Shown here piece by piece: positions 1 through 8,316 of a DNA stretch of 64,000 bases. Each line of letters begins with the position of its first letter. Position 1 is the stretch's first letter. The notes beneath the pieces were generated by a model. It saw only the letters and a list, made by a program, of their open reading frames with translations, searched no databases and was not told the DNA's origin. The DNA comes from Escherichia coli (GTDB lineage: Bacteria > Pseudomonadota > Gammaproteobacteria > Enterobacterales > Enterobacteriaceae), in the NCBI RefSeq assembly GCF_001677475.2, contig NZ_CP015229.1; one strand, written 5' to 3'. A program made the translations under genes and the position numbers.

Positions 1-1
1 G

Positions 2-784
2 ATTAACAGCAACGATAAAGATTATCAAGAATACATTGCCACCTACCCATTGCCAATAGATAGCGCAACACATAAAAAAGTCAAAAAATTAAGACCAGTC
101 TGCATCTCCCACTCTCAACATGGTAACTCGATCACTATTACAACAACTTATCTTCGTCCATTCAAAGAAAGAAGTGCAATTGAAACAAATACACTAAGCC
201 CAGCAACACAAAAAGAACTCAATTGTTTTGATGAAATAATTGGAATAAAAGATAGATACATCCAATGTTTTGACACAATTACTTTTAACTATGTTTCCGG
301 CGAAATAACATTTGAAATCGACATGTGTACAAATCTTAACCATAATGAATTGGAGCGCGCATCAACAAGATATCGTAGAATATTAATGTACCTTTTCCAT
401 AAAGAGAATTCATATCACGTCGCCTTCATTAGAAAAAATATATTTACTGCTATCGATAAACTTTACAAATCTGCCGATGGTACCATTTTAAAACTTGGGC
501 ATGCCACAGGAACAGGCTCAGTAAAAGAAGAAAAAATGAGAAAGAGAAAAGATGATTTAAGGAAGGAAAAATATCATGCCGCAGGCTTAGCGGCAATTGG
601 AGGAAAAACTAATAACTTTAGTATTTCTAAACAATGGAATGGAGCACACAATAACATTTTAACAATGCATGTACCCGGACATTTTTCTTTAATTTCATCC
701 TCGCTACCATTTATAAATCATGTTATAATCGAAGGGTGTGTTTGTAAATCAGATTATGAGTTATTGATGTCAAAGGTTTTCTAA
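2..784 (+). CDS. Hypothetical protein, 5'-truncated by window edge; first visible gene of AT-rich three-gene operon
   Basis: Reading frame is open from position 2 to stop at 782-784 (track ORF 50..784 begins at an internal TTG); stop abuts the ATG of the next gene; visibly AT-rich. Confidence 0.45.
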   Translation: MNSNDKDYQEYIATYPLPIDSATHKKVKKLRPVCISHSQHGNSITITTTYLRPFKERSAIETNTLSPATQKELNCFDEIIGIKDRYIQCFDTITFNYVSGEITFEIDMCTNLNHNELERASTRYRRILMYLFHKENSYHVAFIRKNIFTAIDKLYKSADGTILKLGHATGTGSVKEEKMRKRKDDLRKEKYHAAGLAAIGGKTNNFSISKQWNGAHNNILTMHVPGHFSLISSSLPFINHVIIEGCVCKSDYELLMSKVF

Positions 785-1177
785 ATGAATAAGCAGGAAA
801 TGAAAGATATCATACAACATTCTTTTGCTACCGACAGCAAAGTTGGTTTTGCATGTATGAATATTTATCATTACCTGCTTAATGAAGATCTGGATAATTT
901 AAAATATATAACATTCAATAACTTGCAAAAAGTCAGTAATGTTGATCAAAGTATCCTTTACGAGGCAATTACTTATCTATCTGGAGAAAAAGCACCAATA
1001 TTATCAATCGGATACGAATATATTGATGGTGATGACATTTTTGAAATCTCTCAAGATGAGTTAAGCAAAATATATTCAGAAGGAACATTTTATTTCGATG
1101 GCAAACCAGTCCTCAATTGGCAGTCGAAAGTTTACATTTACTTTTATGCATCAGAGTTCTGGAAAGGCCTAGAATGA
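785..1177 (+). CDS. Hypothetical acidic protein (130 aa)
   Basis: ORF 785..1177; ATG directly follows the upstream stop, and its own stop overlaps the next ATG (ATGA), so it is translationally coupled on both sides. Confidence 0.5.
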   Translation: MNKQEMKDIIQHSFATDSKVGFACMNIYHYLLNEDLDNLKYITFNNLQKVSNVDQSILYEAITYLSGEKAPILSIGYEYIDGDDIFEISQDELSKIYSEGTFYFDGKPVLNWQSKVYIYFYASEFWKGLE

Positions 1178-1839
1178 TGGATAATCAGAATAATTTTACG
1201 TTAGAATCGCTGAAGTTCGCAGCGTCATTCGATGAGAGCGCAGCACGCCTTTACCGAAGAATTACATGCAATTCATACGATAAATTTATTGAAATGTTTT
1301 ATATTGACTTAGAAAAAACAATCAGATTGATTGAAAAAAATGCAAGCTTAATGCAAAACGATGGAGAAGACCGTTTATCTATAGAAATAATTAATATACT
1401 AATTGGCTTCGGATATGATTCTGGTCATGATAATTATATAAATGGGCACTCAGACATTGTTGTAAGTTTCAAAAACTACACATGGATTGGAGAGGCTAAA
1501 ATTCATAGCTCATACGACTATTTAATGGAAGGATTCCATCAATTATGCTCTCGTTACTCCACAGGAAGTGAAGATGATTGTCAAGGAGGATTAATAATTT
1601 ATGTGAAAAGCAACAATGCATTAGATGTCGTAGAGAAATGGAAAAAAACATTAACCTCTAAAAAAGATGACTTTGAAGATTTTTATTTATCCGATTGCAA
1701 AACAAGAGAAAAGTTGAGCTTTTACTCTAGCCACAAACACCCTAAATCTGGATTACCATACAAAGTAAGACATTTCGCTGTAATATTGGGATTTGCACCT
1801 AAAGACAAAAGTGCGAGAACAGCAAAGTCCAGAAAATAA
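1174..1839 (+). CDS. Hypothetical protein with PD-(D/E)xK-like motif (putative nuclease fold)
   Basis: Internal ATG of track ORF 1117..1839 overlaps the upstream stop (ATGA). Protein has GEDRLSIEI ... GHSDIVVSF ... IGEAKI, an E / hydrophobic-D / ExK spacing typical of PD-(D/E)xK nucleases; assigned by eye only. Confidence 0.45.
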   Translation: MMDNQNNFTLESLKFAASFDESAARLYRRITCNSYDKFIEMFYIDLEKTIRLIEKNASLMQNDGEDRLSIEIINILIGFGYDSGHDNYINGHSDIVVSFKNYTWIGEAKIHSSYDYLMEGFHQLCSRYSTGSEDDCQGGLIIYVKSNNALDVVEKWKKTLTSKKDDFEDFYLSDCKTREKLSFYSSHKHPKSGLPYKVRHFAVILGFAPKDKSARTAKSRK

Positions 1840-1869
1840 TAAGTTTTATTATCTGGACCAAGGCTGTTT

Positions 1870-2217
1870 TTATCTATTTAGAATACACATAATACCATCA
1901 ATAAATCCAAGTGCAGTTTGCAACTCCTTTCTAATAGTTCCATCCGAGCATTTCCGCTTCTTTGCGATTGTACGGAGTGAAATCCCGATAACAAAGTGAG
2001 CAATGATCAGCTCATATTCTTCTGGTTTATATTTCCGCAACCGGGCCACACATCCATCAATCATAATTCCTTCATCATCATCGCACTGGAGACGTGACTT
2101 TTTACCGTGTGGTAGAAGCCCCTTGAAACCAGCCGCTATCGGCTGCCAGTCGACACCACTATTTTCTGCTGCAGCCCAAGCCCCCCAACGATCTAAAGCT
2201 TCGTACATATCACGCAT
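1870..2217 (-). CDS. Phage antitermination protein Q-like
   Basis: 115 aa beginning MRDMYEALDRWGAWAAAENSGVDW...GFKGLLP...SRLQCDDDEGIMIDGCVARL, which resembles the Q family of lambdoid/Qin-type prophages; it is the last gene of the minus-strand early-right operon. Confidence 0.55.
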   Translation of the reverse strand: MRDMYEALDRWGAWAAAENSGVDWQPIAAGFKGLLPHGKKSRLQCDDDEGIMIDGCVARLRKYKPEEYELIIAHFVIGISLRTIAKKRKCSDGTIRKELQTALGFIDGIMCILNR

Positions 2218-2474
2218 CAGCGCAGTACCTCCTGCACCAGTTTTTCAAACTTTCCAACTTTGGTTTCCAGCTCCGCCACACAATCCACCAGCTCATCCAC
2301 TGCTTTTTGTGCGCGATGTTTCGCCTGCATCAGTTCCCTGAGCGCTGGTACCATATCCCGACGAATGGCATCTTTTGTTACACCTGTTTTTTCCAGTTGT
2401 TCCGCCTGCCGCAACATTTCCTGTGCCTGTTTACGTAATTGCTCAGGGGTAAAAGTCATTGTCTGGTTGTTCAA
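2217..2474 (-). CDS. Hypothetical small helical phage protein (85 aa)
   Basis: ORF between the DnaB-like gene and Q-like gene on the same strand, with start/stop overlaps to both neighbours. Confidence 0.4.
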   Translation of the reverse strand: MNNQTMTFTPEQLRKQAQEMLRQAEQLEKTGVTKDAIRRDMVPALRELMQAKHRAQKAVDELVDCVAELETKVGKFEKLVQEVLR

Positions 2475-3862
2475 AAGAAACGCTCCATCTTACTGCTGTC
2501 AGTTCGTTTGTTACTGTACCTGCGCGGCTTGGACGGCTGCATTGGTGTGGAAAGAACCAGCGCACTTTCCTGGTCTACGGGCAGAAAATGTCCGTTATAA
2601 AAACGCCGGTAAATCGTTCCCAGAGAACCGTTACGTTGTTTCGTGATATTGATTTCCGCGATACCTCTGGCCTGCGTATCCGGGTTGTACACTTCATCCC
2701 TGTAAAGCATCAGAATGATGTCTGCATCAGCTTCTATTTCTCCGGAATTTTTCAGGTCTGAGTTCATAGGTCGTTTATTGGGTCTGGACTCAACTCCACG
2801 GGAAAGTTGGCTCAGCGCAATAACCGGTAATCCACCGGATTTTGCCAGGCCTTTAAGCCCTTTTGATATTTCCCCCACGGCAAGGTCATGACGGCCTGTG
2901 GATCGGGTTTTTATCAGCCCGAGATAATCAACCACCACCAGCGCCGTTTCCGGATGTTTAATCAGGTGGTGTTTCGTTGTTGCGCATATCTCGTCAATGG
3001 TCAGGTTCGCCTGGTCCACCATCCAGATATTGCGTCCGGTCATCAGCTCCACCCCCTTAATGAAACGCGCCCAGTCTTCGTCACCAAAGTGAGAGACAGA
3101 TTTCAGGCGTGATACCGGCATTCCTCCAGCCGCAGATACCATGCGTTCACCAATCTGGATGTTCGCCATTTCCATTGTGAACAGAAGAACACCATGCCCC
3201 TGCTCAGTCACCTTGTCGATGATATCCAGCGCCAGTTCTGTTTTCCCCATCGAAGGGCGAGCCGCGATGAATATCAGGTCGCCAGGCTCCATGCCGCCTG
3301 TTTTTGCGTCCAGTTCATCAATACCGGTCATCAACGTCCTGGATTTCTCCAGCCCCTTATTCCGGCATTCAACACGCTCAACCACCTCGGGAAGCACATC
3401 ATCAATATGTACCGGCTGAATAATGCCCTTTTCCGTCGACAATGAGGCCATCATGTTTTGCGCATCCTTCATGGCATCTTCAGCTGCTTCACAGGTATGC
3501 GCATCGCGTAATTTCTGCAATGCCTCATTCAGTATTTTTTCTGCATCACGCAGTGCAGCATTACGTCGCAGTGCTGCAACATAATGTTCCAGAGATGACT
3601 TCACCCAGGTTTTACGCCCGGAATCAGTAATCACCGGGGCAAGTTCCGGCATCTCATTACACAACAGCACAGGGTCAATCACGCCTGAAACACGGGCCTG
3701 TCGGCAGATGCCTGTGTAGATATCCCGATACGCTCGTACAGAAAAAACGTCTGCCGGCAATGTGGCCAGAATATCCATCACTTCATGATCAGCCCCGCGC
3801 AGAAAGAACGCACCAATGACAGCGCCTTCCAGGTCATCGTTACGCCAGACTGGAGTTGTCAT
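2471..3862 (-). CDS. Replicative DNA helicase, DnaB-like (phage-encoded)
   Basis: Walker A AARPSMGKTELAL, SQLSR motif and DnaB-like N-terminal domain; start taken at MTTPVWR, which overlaps the upstream stop (ATGA). Confidence 0.8.
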   Translation of the reverse strand: MTTPVWRNDDLEGAVIGAFFLRGADHEVMDILATLPADVFSVRAYRDIYTGICRQARVSGVIDPVLLCNEMPELAPVITDSGRKTWVKSSLEHYVAALRRNAALRDAEKILNEALQKLRDAHTCEAAEDAMKDAQNMMASLSTEKGIIQPVHIDDVLPEVVERVECRNKGLEKSRTLMTGIDELDAKTGGMEPGDLIFIAARPSMGKTELALDIIDKVTEQGHGVLLFTMEMANIQIGERMVSAAGGMPVSRLKSVSHFGDEDWARFIKGVELMTGRNIWMVDQANLTIDEICATTKHHLIKHPETALVVVDYLGLIKTRSTGRHDLAVGEISKGLKGLAKSGGLPVIALSQLSRGVESRPNKRPMNSDLKNSGEIEADADIILMLYRDEVYNPDTQARGIAEINITKQRNGSLGTIYRRFYNGHFLPVDQESALVLSTPMQPSKPRRYSNKRTDSSKMERFF

Positions 3863-4746
3863 GCTGCCACACCTCTGATACGAGAACGATAGCTGGGCCA
3901 GTTGAACGACAACCAGTTGCGCCCCCCGTCTGTGATCCTGTCGGCAATGCGGGGGCTGATAAACGCCCACAACTCTTCCGGTGAAAGGTTGCTGATCAGA
4001 ATGGTGGGCAGGATACTTTCGTACCGGGCATTGATAATTTCCTGCAAAATAGCCATTTCAGCCGCGCTGCCAAACTGAACACCAACTTCGTCGATGATCA
4101 GCAAATCCATTGACGCATAATGCTCAATAACTTCATCCGCTGTTTTTTCGCTATCATTCCGCCAGCAGTTTTTCACAGCACGGGTAAGGCGCATCACGTC
4201 GGTGATCTCCACGCTGGCCAGATGATTACGGATGATGTGTTTTGCCATTGATACCGCCAGATGATTTTTCCCGGTACCGCAACTGCCAGTCATAACAAGA
4301 CTGGTGCCGTTCTCCAGCATATCTGGCCAGTTCTCCGCATAGCGGCGACAGGCTGCAAGATTTCTGGCTGCGTCAGGATTAACCTCCAGATAGTTATCAA
4401 ACTCACAGTCCCGAAAACGCAGGGCAATTCCGGCGTTATCAGTCAGCTCTTCCGCCTTGAGGGACGACAGCTCCATGGTCAAATCGTTGGCCTCAGCGAT
4501 CAAGCAGTCAGGGCAGCATGAAATTTTTTCTCTGTCCTCGCCATTACGATCGCTCCACACCAGTATATGCGTACTGTATTTACCGTGTTTTTCGCAATAT
4601 CCACGACCATCACGCATCAGGCAGGAACGATAAGGCCATGGCTTTTCGCCCTTCTGAGCGAATGCAATCTCTGCCCGTAACTCATCCATTCGCGCCTGTA
4701 GTCTTTTTTGTTGTTCACGCAGGTTAAACGTCATCATCGCTGTCAC
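3859..4746 (-). CDS. DnaC/IstB-like AAA+ helicase loader with N-terminal Cys-rich region
   Basis: Walker A GSCGTGKNHLA and Walker B LLIIDEVG; N-terminal CEKHGKY...CCPDC cysteine cluster; sits between the O-like and DnaB-like genes. Confidence 0.75.
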   Translation of the reverse strand: MTAMMTFNLREQQKRLQARMDELRAEIAFAQKGEKPWPYRSCLMRDGRGYCEKHGKYSTHILVWSDRNGEDREKISCCPDCLIAEANDLTMELSSLKAEELTDNAGIALRFRDCEFDNYLEVNPDAARNLAACRRYAENWPDMLENGTSLVMTGSCGTGKNHLAVSMAKHIIRNHLASVEITDVMRLTRAVKNCWRNDSEKTADEVIEHYASMDLLIIDEVGVQFGSAAEMAILQEIINARYESILPTILISNLSPEELWAFISPRIADRITDGGRNWLSFNWPSYRSRIRGVAA

Positions 4747-4747
4747 C

Positions 4748-5662
4748 TCAGAATGTCAATTTGTCACTGGATTTACCGAATTTGTCAGACATGGCTCCCA
4801 GGCCAGACAGGACATCGACCTGTCGCTGTCGCCCACCTCCGGGAGCGGCTGGTTGTTGCCAGAAGTCTTCGAAGTGACGATCGGGGCCAAAGAACGTCGC
4901 TGCCTGCTTCACGAACTGTGTGCCGGTATTTCCTGTAGCACGTACCCAGGCGGCATAGCGTTTCACGCCATCAAGCATGGTTTCGGGTGTCACACCTTCC
5001 CTGATACGGGCTTTCCAGGCTTTGAAAGCAGCTGACTTGGAATTGCCACCAGCACGTTTGGGATATTCCTGCCAGGCCTGTTCAAATTCCGGTGAATATT
5101 CCTGTCGGGCAGAACGTGCTGGTGCAGACGCGTCAGCGGATGCACCAATAGTGTTTTTACTCTCTGTAGTATTCTCTGAAGTAATCTCTGTTGTATTCTC
5201 TGTAAGATCGAAATTGGTTTTCCCTTCTCCGCGGCGAGGGGTTTCCCGTGTCCGCGGTGAAGGCTTTCCCTCCTCCGCGAAATTGGGTTTTACAGTTTCC
5301 CGAAAACGGGTTTCCCCATTTCGGGAAAACTGATTGTTTTCATTGATAATTTCATTAAGGCGCTCACAATCTATACGGTAGAACATTTTGTGCTCAAGAC
5401 GCTTGTTGGTTTCAACCAAAATGCCTCTGGACACAAGATGCTTACGCGCTACAGCCTGTTGTTCAAATGTAAGTCCGGTTTCGTGTTGTATCTCTTCACG
5501 CGTTTTATGTACGCCTTCCGCTGCATGTGCTTTATCCTGCCAGTAAAAAATCTGACCAAAGAAAATAACAGCGTGCGGACTTCCCATGTATTTAACGAGC
5601 CCAGGGTAATAAGCAACCGGATGTCCAAAATCGAGCAGAAGATCAGACGGACGCATAGCCAC
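4748..5662 (-). CDS. Phage replication initiation protein (O-like replisome organiser)
   Basis: 304-aa ORF immediately upstream of the DnaC/DnaB-like pair; contains internal iteron-like direct repeats; start may be MAMRPS (5662) or MRPS (5656). Confidence 0.6.
   Translation of the reverse strand: MAMRPSDLLLDFGHPVAYYPGLVKYMGSPHAVIFFGQIFYWQDKAHAAEGVHKTREEIQHETGLTFEQQAVARKHLVSRGILVETNKRLEHKMFYRIDCERLNEIINENNQFSRNGETRFRETVKPNFAEEGKPSPRTRETPRRGEGKTNFDLTENTTEITSENTTESKNTIGASADASAPARSARQEYSPEFEQAWQEYPKRAGGNSKSAAFKAWKARIREGVTPETMLDGVKRYAAWVRATGNTGTQFVKQAATFFGPDRHFEDFWQQPAAPGGGRQRQVDVLSGLGAMSDKFGKSSDKLTF
5168..5205. repeat. Short direct repeats (ATTCTCTG-like, three copies) inside the O-like gene
   Basis: gtATTCTCTGaagtaATCTCTGttgtATTCTCTGtaag; encodes the repetitive TENTTEITSENTTES stretch. 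Confidence 0.45.
5214..5329. repeat. Iteron array (about five ~23-bp direct repeats); candidate phage replication origin inside the initiator gene
   Basis: Repeats GGTTTTCCCTTCTCCGCGGCGA / GGGGTTTCCCGTGTCCGCGGTGAA / GGCTTTCCCTCCTCCGCGAAATT / GGGTTTTACAGTTTCCCGAAAAC / GGGTTTCCCCATTTCGGGAAAAC; this mirrors the lambda ori-within-O arrangement. Confidence 0.5.
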
Positions 5663-5876
5663 CTCCCAGGCGTTTAAACATTTTTCCGGACTGAAACGCC
5701 ACCAGCGGATAACTCAGGGTATGAGTACGTCCCTGAACCTGGCAGACAACCTTCTGGCTTTCTGTATTGACCAGGCAAACCCGCAGAACGTGACCGTTGC
5801 TGGTGGTGAACCACTGCCCCACACGGGGGCAACGGTTGTATCGGTGATACAGGGAATTAACGACGCGGCGAATCAT
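5643..5876 (-). CDS. Hypothetical small protein (77 aa)
   Basis: ATG at 5874-5876 has a strong GGGAGG Shine-Dalgarno 7 nt upstream and overlaps the upstream stop (ATGA); lies just upstream of the O-like gene. Confidence 0.45.
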   Translation of the reverse strand: MIRRVVNSLYHRYNRCPRVGQWFTTSNGHVLRVCLVNTESQKVVCQVQGRTHTLSYPLVAFQSGKMFKRLGGGYASV

Positions 5877-6379
5877 GGGCGCGCCTCCCATTGATTACGG
5901 CGGAAAGCAGTGTGAGTCAGGCTGGTTTCGGCCTCATGGAATGCTTCAATGCAGCTCTCGTAGTACCGCATTGTGCGCAGACTTAACCCAAGCTGAAGCA
6001 TCATCAGACCATCAAGAGTTATGTAATAACCACGCAAAGAATCGCCATAAAGGTGATAAGTGCCGGGTATGAAATTACGGGTGAAAAACTCGCGCGAGCA
6101 GTTCAGATACTCGATTTTGTCGACGATATTCTGGTGCATGCGCTTGAAGTGGCAGGCAACATGCAGAGAGAAAATAACGGCCTTGCCGTTGACGGTCTCA
6201 ATTTTGAGGAATGGGTGAGTAGTGGTGGTAGTCATGGTGACAGCCCCGGTAGTCAGTTTGTTAGAAAACTCACCACCAAGGCTTTCCACGACCTTATAGG
6301 TGGTGAGACGTACAGGGGTGGAAATACCGGAGACTACCGAACCCGGCCCGACCGAAGTCGGCCCTGTACGCCCCACCAT
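5873..6379 (-). CDS. Hypothetical protein (start uncertain; C-terminal part of a long open frame)
   Basis: Frame is open from 7174 to 5873 but its upstream part overlaps the well-supported FinO-like gene; only the portion downstream of that gene is called. The stop overlaps the next ATG (ATGA); no convincing RBS was found at ATG 6379 or GTG 6472. Confidence 0.3.
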   Translation of the reverse strand: MVGRTGPTSVGPGSVVSGISTPVRLTTYKVVESLGGEFSNKLTTGAVTMTTTTTHPFLKIETVNGKAVIFSLHVACHFKRMHQNIVDKIEYLNCSREFFTRNFIPGTYHLYGDSLRGYYITLDGLMMLQLGLSLRTMRYYESCIEAFHEAETSLTHTAFRRNQWEARP

Positions 6380-6533
6380 AATTTGGGCGTAGCAATGCTC
6401 ATGACACGAAAAAACCGCATGAGCGCGGTTATGCTCAGTAATCAATTTCGGGTTTCCACGCCCGGCATCCACTTTACAAGATGCCTGAATAGTGTAACGT
6501 CCCGAAATTAAGGAATCAATGTTTTGATAAAAT

Positions 6534-6926
6534 TCAGCGATTAGACGCTTCTTTTCTACCCATATTAACTTTGAACAAGAGCTCCATACGACGAGTCCAG
6601 ATACCACGTTCTTTGAGTTGTGCTCTGGCTTCTTCGCGTTCAGATACGGATGTTCTGACAATACGATTTCCCGCCAGATTGCGGCGATATTCTCCAAACG
6701 CGACTGACTGAAGGTATGAATCTGAGCTTTTGTACTGATAGATGGCTCTTCGAAGGCTGTTTTTGTATTCCTTAGGTATATGTCCGAGATCGGCAAAGAG
6801 CTCATGAACGATATCGTGAACAAGCGGAACCACTTTGTATGGAATAACAAAGAAGCTTTCTGGATAGCGTTCAGCCAATACTTTAATGATTTCTTTATTT
6901 GCAAGATGCCTTGCTTTTCTTCCCAT
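6534..6926 (-). CDS. FinO/ProQ-domain RNA chaperone-like protein
   Basis: KEIIKVLAERYPESF...PL...SLRRAIYQYKSSDSYLQSVAFGEYRRNLAGN...EREEARAQLKE aligns by eye with the ProQ N-terminal FinO domain (KEVIAFLAERFPHCF...RSALRLYTSSWRYLYGV...RVDLDGN...EHARKQLEE). Confidence 0.7.
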   Translation of the reverse strand: MGRKARHLANKEIIKVLAERYPESFFVIPYKVVPLVHDIVHELFADLGHIPKEYKNSLRRAIYQYKSSDSYLQSVAFGEYRRNLAGNRIVRTSVSEREEARAQLKERGIWTRRMELLFKVNMGRKEASNR

Positions 6927-6989
6927 ATACCATTCTCCATTACTCTAGATATCAGAATGATATATCCAGGTTTTTCAAGCAGTTCAAGC

Positions 6990-7163
6990 TTATGCTGGTG
7001 CTTCACACTCAACAAAATCACGACGAAACAACCACAGCGGGCTGAAGCATTCATGCGGATAACCATCACGCAGGTAAATAACCCGCTGTGTTTCAGGCTC
7101 CCAGCGTATAACGTGGACACGACGCCCCCTTCCGTCACGGAACCAGCGATTGAGTACTTGCAT
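6990..7163 (-). CDS. Hypothetical small protein (weak call)
   Basis: Short ORF between the Lar-like and FinO-like genes; ATG at 7163 lies 8 nt after the Lar-like stop; RBS is weak. Confidence 0.2.
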   Translation of the reverse strand: MQVLNRWFRDGRGRRVHVIRWEPETQRVIYLRDGYPHECFSPLWLFRRDFVECEAPA

Positions 7164-7170
7164 TTGGATT

Positions 7171-7389
7171 TCATTCCACACCTACCCCTTCACGCTGATT
7201 CCAGTCATGAACAGCACGTTCTTTCGAATCAGGAATCTGGTTTGCGTTACAGCAAGTACATGCGACGTAATAACCATCATCGCCATCCAGAAAATATTTC
7301 ACCTCAATGAGTTGTACTTCCGGATTTCCGCAGAATGGGCAAGGTTTCAGCTCGACATCACCAGTTACACACGTCTTGATTTGCATCAT
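7171..7389 (-). CDS. Lar-family restriction alleviation protein (anti-restriction)
   Basis: ELKPCPFCG...GYYVACTCCNA...AVHDWNQR matches the Lar/restriction-alleviation zinc-ribbon signature (KPCPFCG ... C-x-x-C ... WN-R). Confidence 0.65.
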   Translation of the reverse strand: MMQIKTCVTGDVELKPCPFCGNPEVQLIEVKYFLDGDDGYYVACTCCNANQIPDSKERAVHDWNQREGVGVE

Positions 7390-8240
7390 TTGTTCTCCTG
7401 TAAAAGATTCGCAAGCTCAGTGTTATGGGTAAACAGCCCATCCCATGTTTTCTTCATCGGTAGTTCGCCGTTCAGATAATGGCGATATAACCAGGCAGCA
7501 CCTTTGGGCTTTAGTAACGGTTTAAAGGTGTCTCGCATTTCCCCATTTTCCTGCTCAACCCGGTTGTAGCGCTCCGTCAGATACTGATCACGTGCATACG
7601 CTTTTACACGCCAGCGTGGATACATAGCCTCCGGACGGTCGTCATACAGCCAGTTACGCTCTTCAAGGAACGCATTAATCTGACGAGTGTTTACACCGTT
7701 GAGTTGTTTGCAGAACTGCACAGGAGTGATGCCATCGGCGAGATGACTTTCGAGTTTGCTGATGTAGCGAGCCTGACGCTCTGCATACCCGAGAGCAAGG
7801 CGCTCGGATTTTTTGGCTTCAATCCACGCTTCAGCAGCAGCGATCGGATCGTCAAAGTCTGGAATAGTGTTTGAAGAAGGCGTTGCTTTACGAAAATACG
7901 CCTGCTCCATTTTTTCGAAGAACGACCAGGCCTCGTCTGTATCGACGATTTTTGACATGCGGGCAGCGCCGCGTTCTGTCCAGAGGACAAGTGATGTTGT
8001 ATGTTTATTAACCGACTCGCTAAAAGATAGTCGGAAAGATTTCAGCTCATCACTGCTGATTTTGAAAAAGTGTTTACCCTCAACGAAACGATCTTCATTT
8101 CGAATGTAGTTCTGTTGTATACGGATTGGCGTTGTTCCATATCCCGCCGCCAACGTTTCGGTGGTAACTACACGTACTCCCTGCCACTCAATAACTGGCA
8201 AGTTTTCAGGGTTGACTAATTTTTGTTTATTGATCATCAT
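7386..8240 (-). CDS. Phage antirepressor-like protein (ORF6N/KilA-N-type N-terminal domain)
   Basis: N-terminal IEWQGVRVVTTETLAAGYG...IRNEDRFVEGKHFFKI is characteristic of the ORF6N antirepressor domain; located immediately downstream of the Cro-like gene. Confidence 0.6.
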   Translation of the reverse strand: MMINKQKLVNPENLPVIEWQGVRVVTTETLAAGYGTTPIRIQQNYIRNEDRFVEGKHFFKISSDELKSFRLSFSESVNKHTTSLVLWTERGAARMSKIVDTDEAWSFFEKMEQAYFRKATPSSNTIPDFDDPIAAAEAWIEAKKSERLALGYAERQARYISKLESHLADGITPVQFCKQLNGVNTRQINAFLEERNWLYDDRPEAMYPRWRVKAYARDQYLTERYNRVEQENGEMRDTFKPLLKPKGAAWLYRHYLNGELPMKKTWDGLFTHNTELANLLQENK

Positions 8241-8316
8241 GAAATCCCCTTACTAATCAGAATAAGTCGGGCTGACGGAGTGCGGCCCGGCTTTTCTTTT
8301 TTCGTTCAGTAACCGT

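Noticed and set aside
6053-6511. 152-aa plus-strand ORF in the prophage early-right region
   Set aside because: Opposite in orientation to the surrounding tightly packed minus-strand operon and lacking a good start context (GTG); the minus-strand frame with downstream translational coupling was preferred, though neither is certain.
5873-7174. 433-aa minus-strand ORF as a single gene
   Set aside because: Its upstream two-thirds overlaps, in another frame, the FinO/ProQ-like gene (6534..6926), which has clear family resemblance, and the Lar-like gene region; only the downstream part was retained as a low-confidence CDS.
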